This document shows, piece after piece, positions 61,120-61,622 of a DNA stretch of 61,622 nt (position 1 is its first letter; each line of letters begins with the position of its first letter). This stretch comes from an uncultured Bdellovibrionales bacterium (lineage in GTDB: Bacteria; Patescibacteriota; Minisyncoccia; Moranbacterales; UBA1568): assembly GCA_964451495.1 (NCBI GenBank), contig CAYVHS010000004.1, forward strand, positions 1 to 61,622, in the 5' to 3' direction. Under the pieces are notes generated by a model. The model ran no database searches. It was not told the origin of the DNA and was given only the letters and a program-made list of their open reading frames with translations. The translations under genes were made by a program, and so were the position numbers.

Positions 61120-61127
61120 TAAGGAAT

Positions 61128-61622
61128 ATGAAGAATATTTTGGAACAGAAAATACAGAAAGCAATTGAGGGATTGCAGGGAAGAGGAGAGCTTCCTTCTT
61201 TTGAAATACCGGAAATTCGGGTAGAACGGCCGAAAGATGCGCAGTTTGGTGAATATACAACCAATATCGCTCTCGTGCTGGCAAAACCAGCGAGGAAGAG
61301 CCCTCTGATAATTGCAGAACTTTTGAAAACAAAGCTTGTTTTGGATGAATTTGAAAAAGTGGAAGTGGTCGCGCCTGGCTATATCAATTTTTATCTTTCA
61401 CAAAAAGCCCTCTCCACTTTGGTGAGGGAAATTCTTACGCAAAAAGAGGGGTTTGGCGCGAGTGAGATGGGTGTGGGTGTCAGAGTGAACAATGAATTCA
61501 TCTCAGCTAATCCAACGGGGCCGCTGCATGTTGGTAATGGACGCGGGGGTATTTTCGGCGATGTGCTCACGCGAGTGCTGCGCAAATCTGGTTTCGATGT
61601 GACGAATGAATACTATGTGAAC
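61128..61622 (+). CDS. argS: arginine--tRNA ligase, N-terminal 165 aa (3' end outside window)
   Basis: Not in the ORF track because no stop is reached. MKNILEQKIQKAIEGL...FGEYTTNIAL...APGYINFYL...ISANPTGPLHVGNGRGG (HIGH region). Confidence 0.9.
   Translation, partial: MKNILEQKIQKAIEGLQGRGELPSFEIPEIRVERPKDAQFGEYTTNIALVLAKPARKSPLIIAELLKTKLVLDEFEKVEVVAPGYINFYLSQKALSTLVREILTQKEGFGASEMGVGVRVNNEFISANPTGPLHVGNGRGGIFGDVLTRVLRKSGFDVTNEYYVN

Noticed and set aside
60999-61127. T-box riboswitch upstream of argS
   Set aside because: The leader is only ~120 nt and lacks the conserved T-box sequence and specifier-loop architecture.
1-61622. Alternative genetic code (UGA recoding, as in some candidate phyla)
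   Set aside because: TGA clearly terminates well-conserved genes at ATGA-coupled junctions (6214-6217, 8959-8962, 35635-35638). All conserved proteins are full length under code 11.

Overview
This is a gene-dense 61.6-kb bacterial chromosomal segment with about 62 protein genes on both strands, one tmRNA, and no rRNA, tRNA, CRISPR array, transposase or integrase that I can recognise. The standard code applies: TGA acts as the stop in ATGA-coupled gene pairs. Near-consensus sigma70-type promoters (TTGACA-17-TATAAT-like) and GGAGG-type SD sites are readable by eye. From left to right the window holds: a giant Kelch/FN3 surface protein (5' end outside the window) followed by a MacB-type ABC pair and membrane proteins; a metallophosphoesterase; a minimal SET-domain protein; an orphan purC; a pseudouridine synthase; a cyclophilin lipoprotein; a MarR-MFP-RND efflux operon; an HtrA-like protease; a metal/redox neighbourhood (TPCP-motif P-type ATPase, cupredoxin, second MacB pair, Cys-rich exported protein, MsrQ/YedZ-like heme membrane protein, DsbA-like protein with a CC-rich tail); xseAB with an HRDC fusion; an HD protein; a two-subunit 2-oxoacid:ferredoxin oxidoreductase; a complete Rrf2-sufCBDSU-ferredoxin-DUF59 operon; a U32 peptidase, ferredoxin, dus and mnmA cluster; mutY; an AI-2E permease; lgt; three paralogs of an unnamed Cys-containing KKESNWGKRVP envelope protein; a clan GH-A glycosidase; SpoU; HAD; VanZ; infC-rpmI-rplT; ssrA plus smpB; and the 5' part of argS. 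The gene content (few biosynthetic genes, a giant surface protein, many small membrane proteins) suggests a reduced-genome, possibly CPR/Patescibacteria-like organism, but that is inference only. Five things are not explained by ordinary annotation. (1) A 0.73-kb non-coding island (52664-53392) holds three copies of a ~80-nt CCTAGGAATC...AAAATTTCCCTC unit, two direct and one inverted, plus strong hairpins and four iteron-like GTTCGAC repeats. (2) A ~100-nt AT-rich intergenic repeat family has 4 copies, two of them inside the suf operon. (3) Terminator-like leader hairpins sit between the promoter and start codon of several envelope genes. (4) Three small ORFs below the track cut-off have good expression signals. 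(5) Several orphan genes have visibly higher GC than their surroundings. No homology search, RNA folding or statistics could be run. All family calls rest on motifs read by eye.
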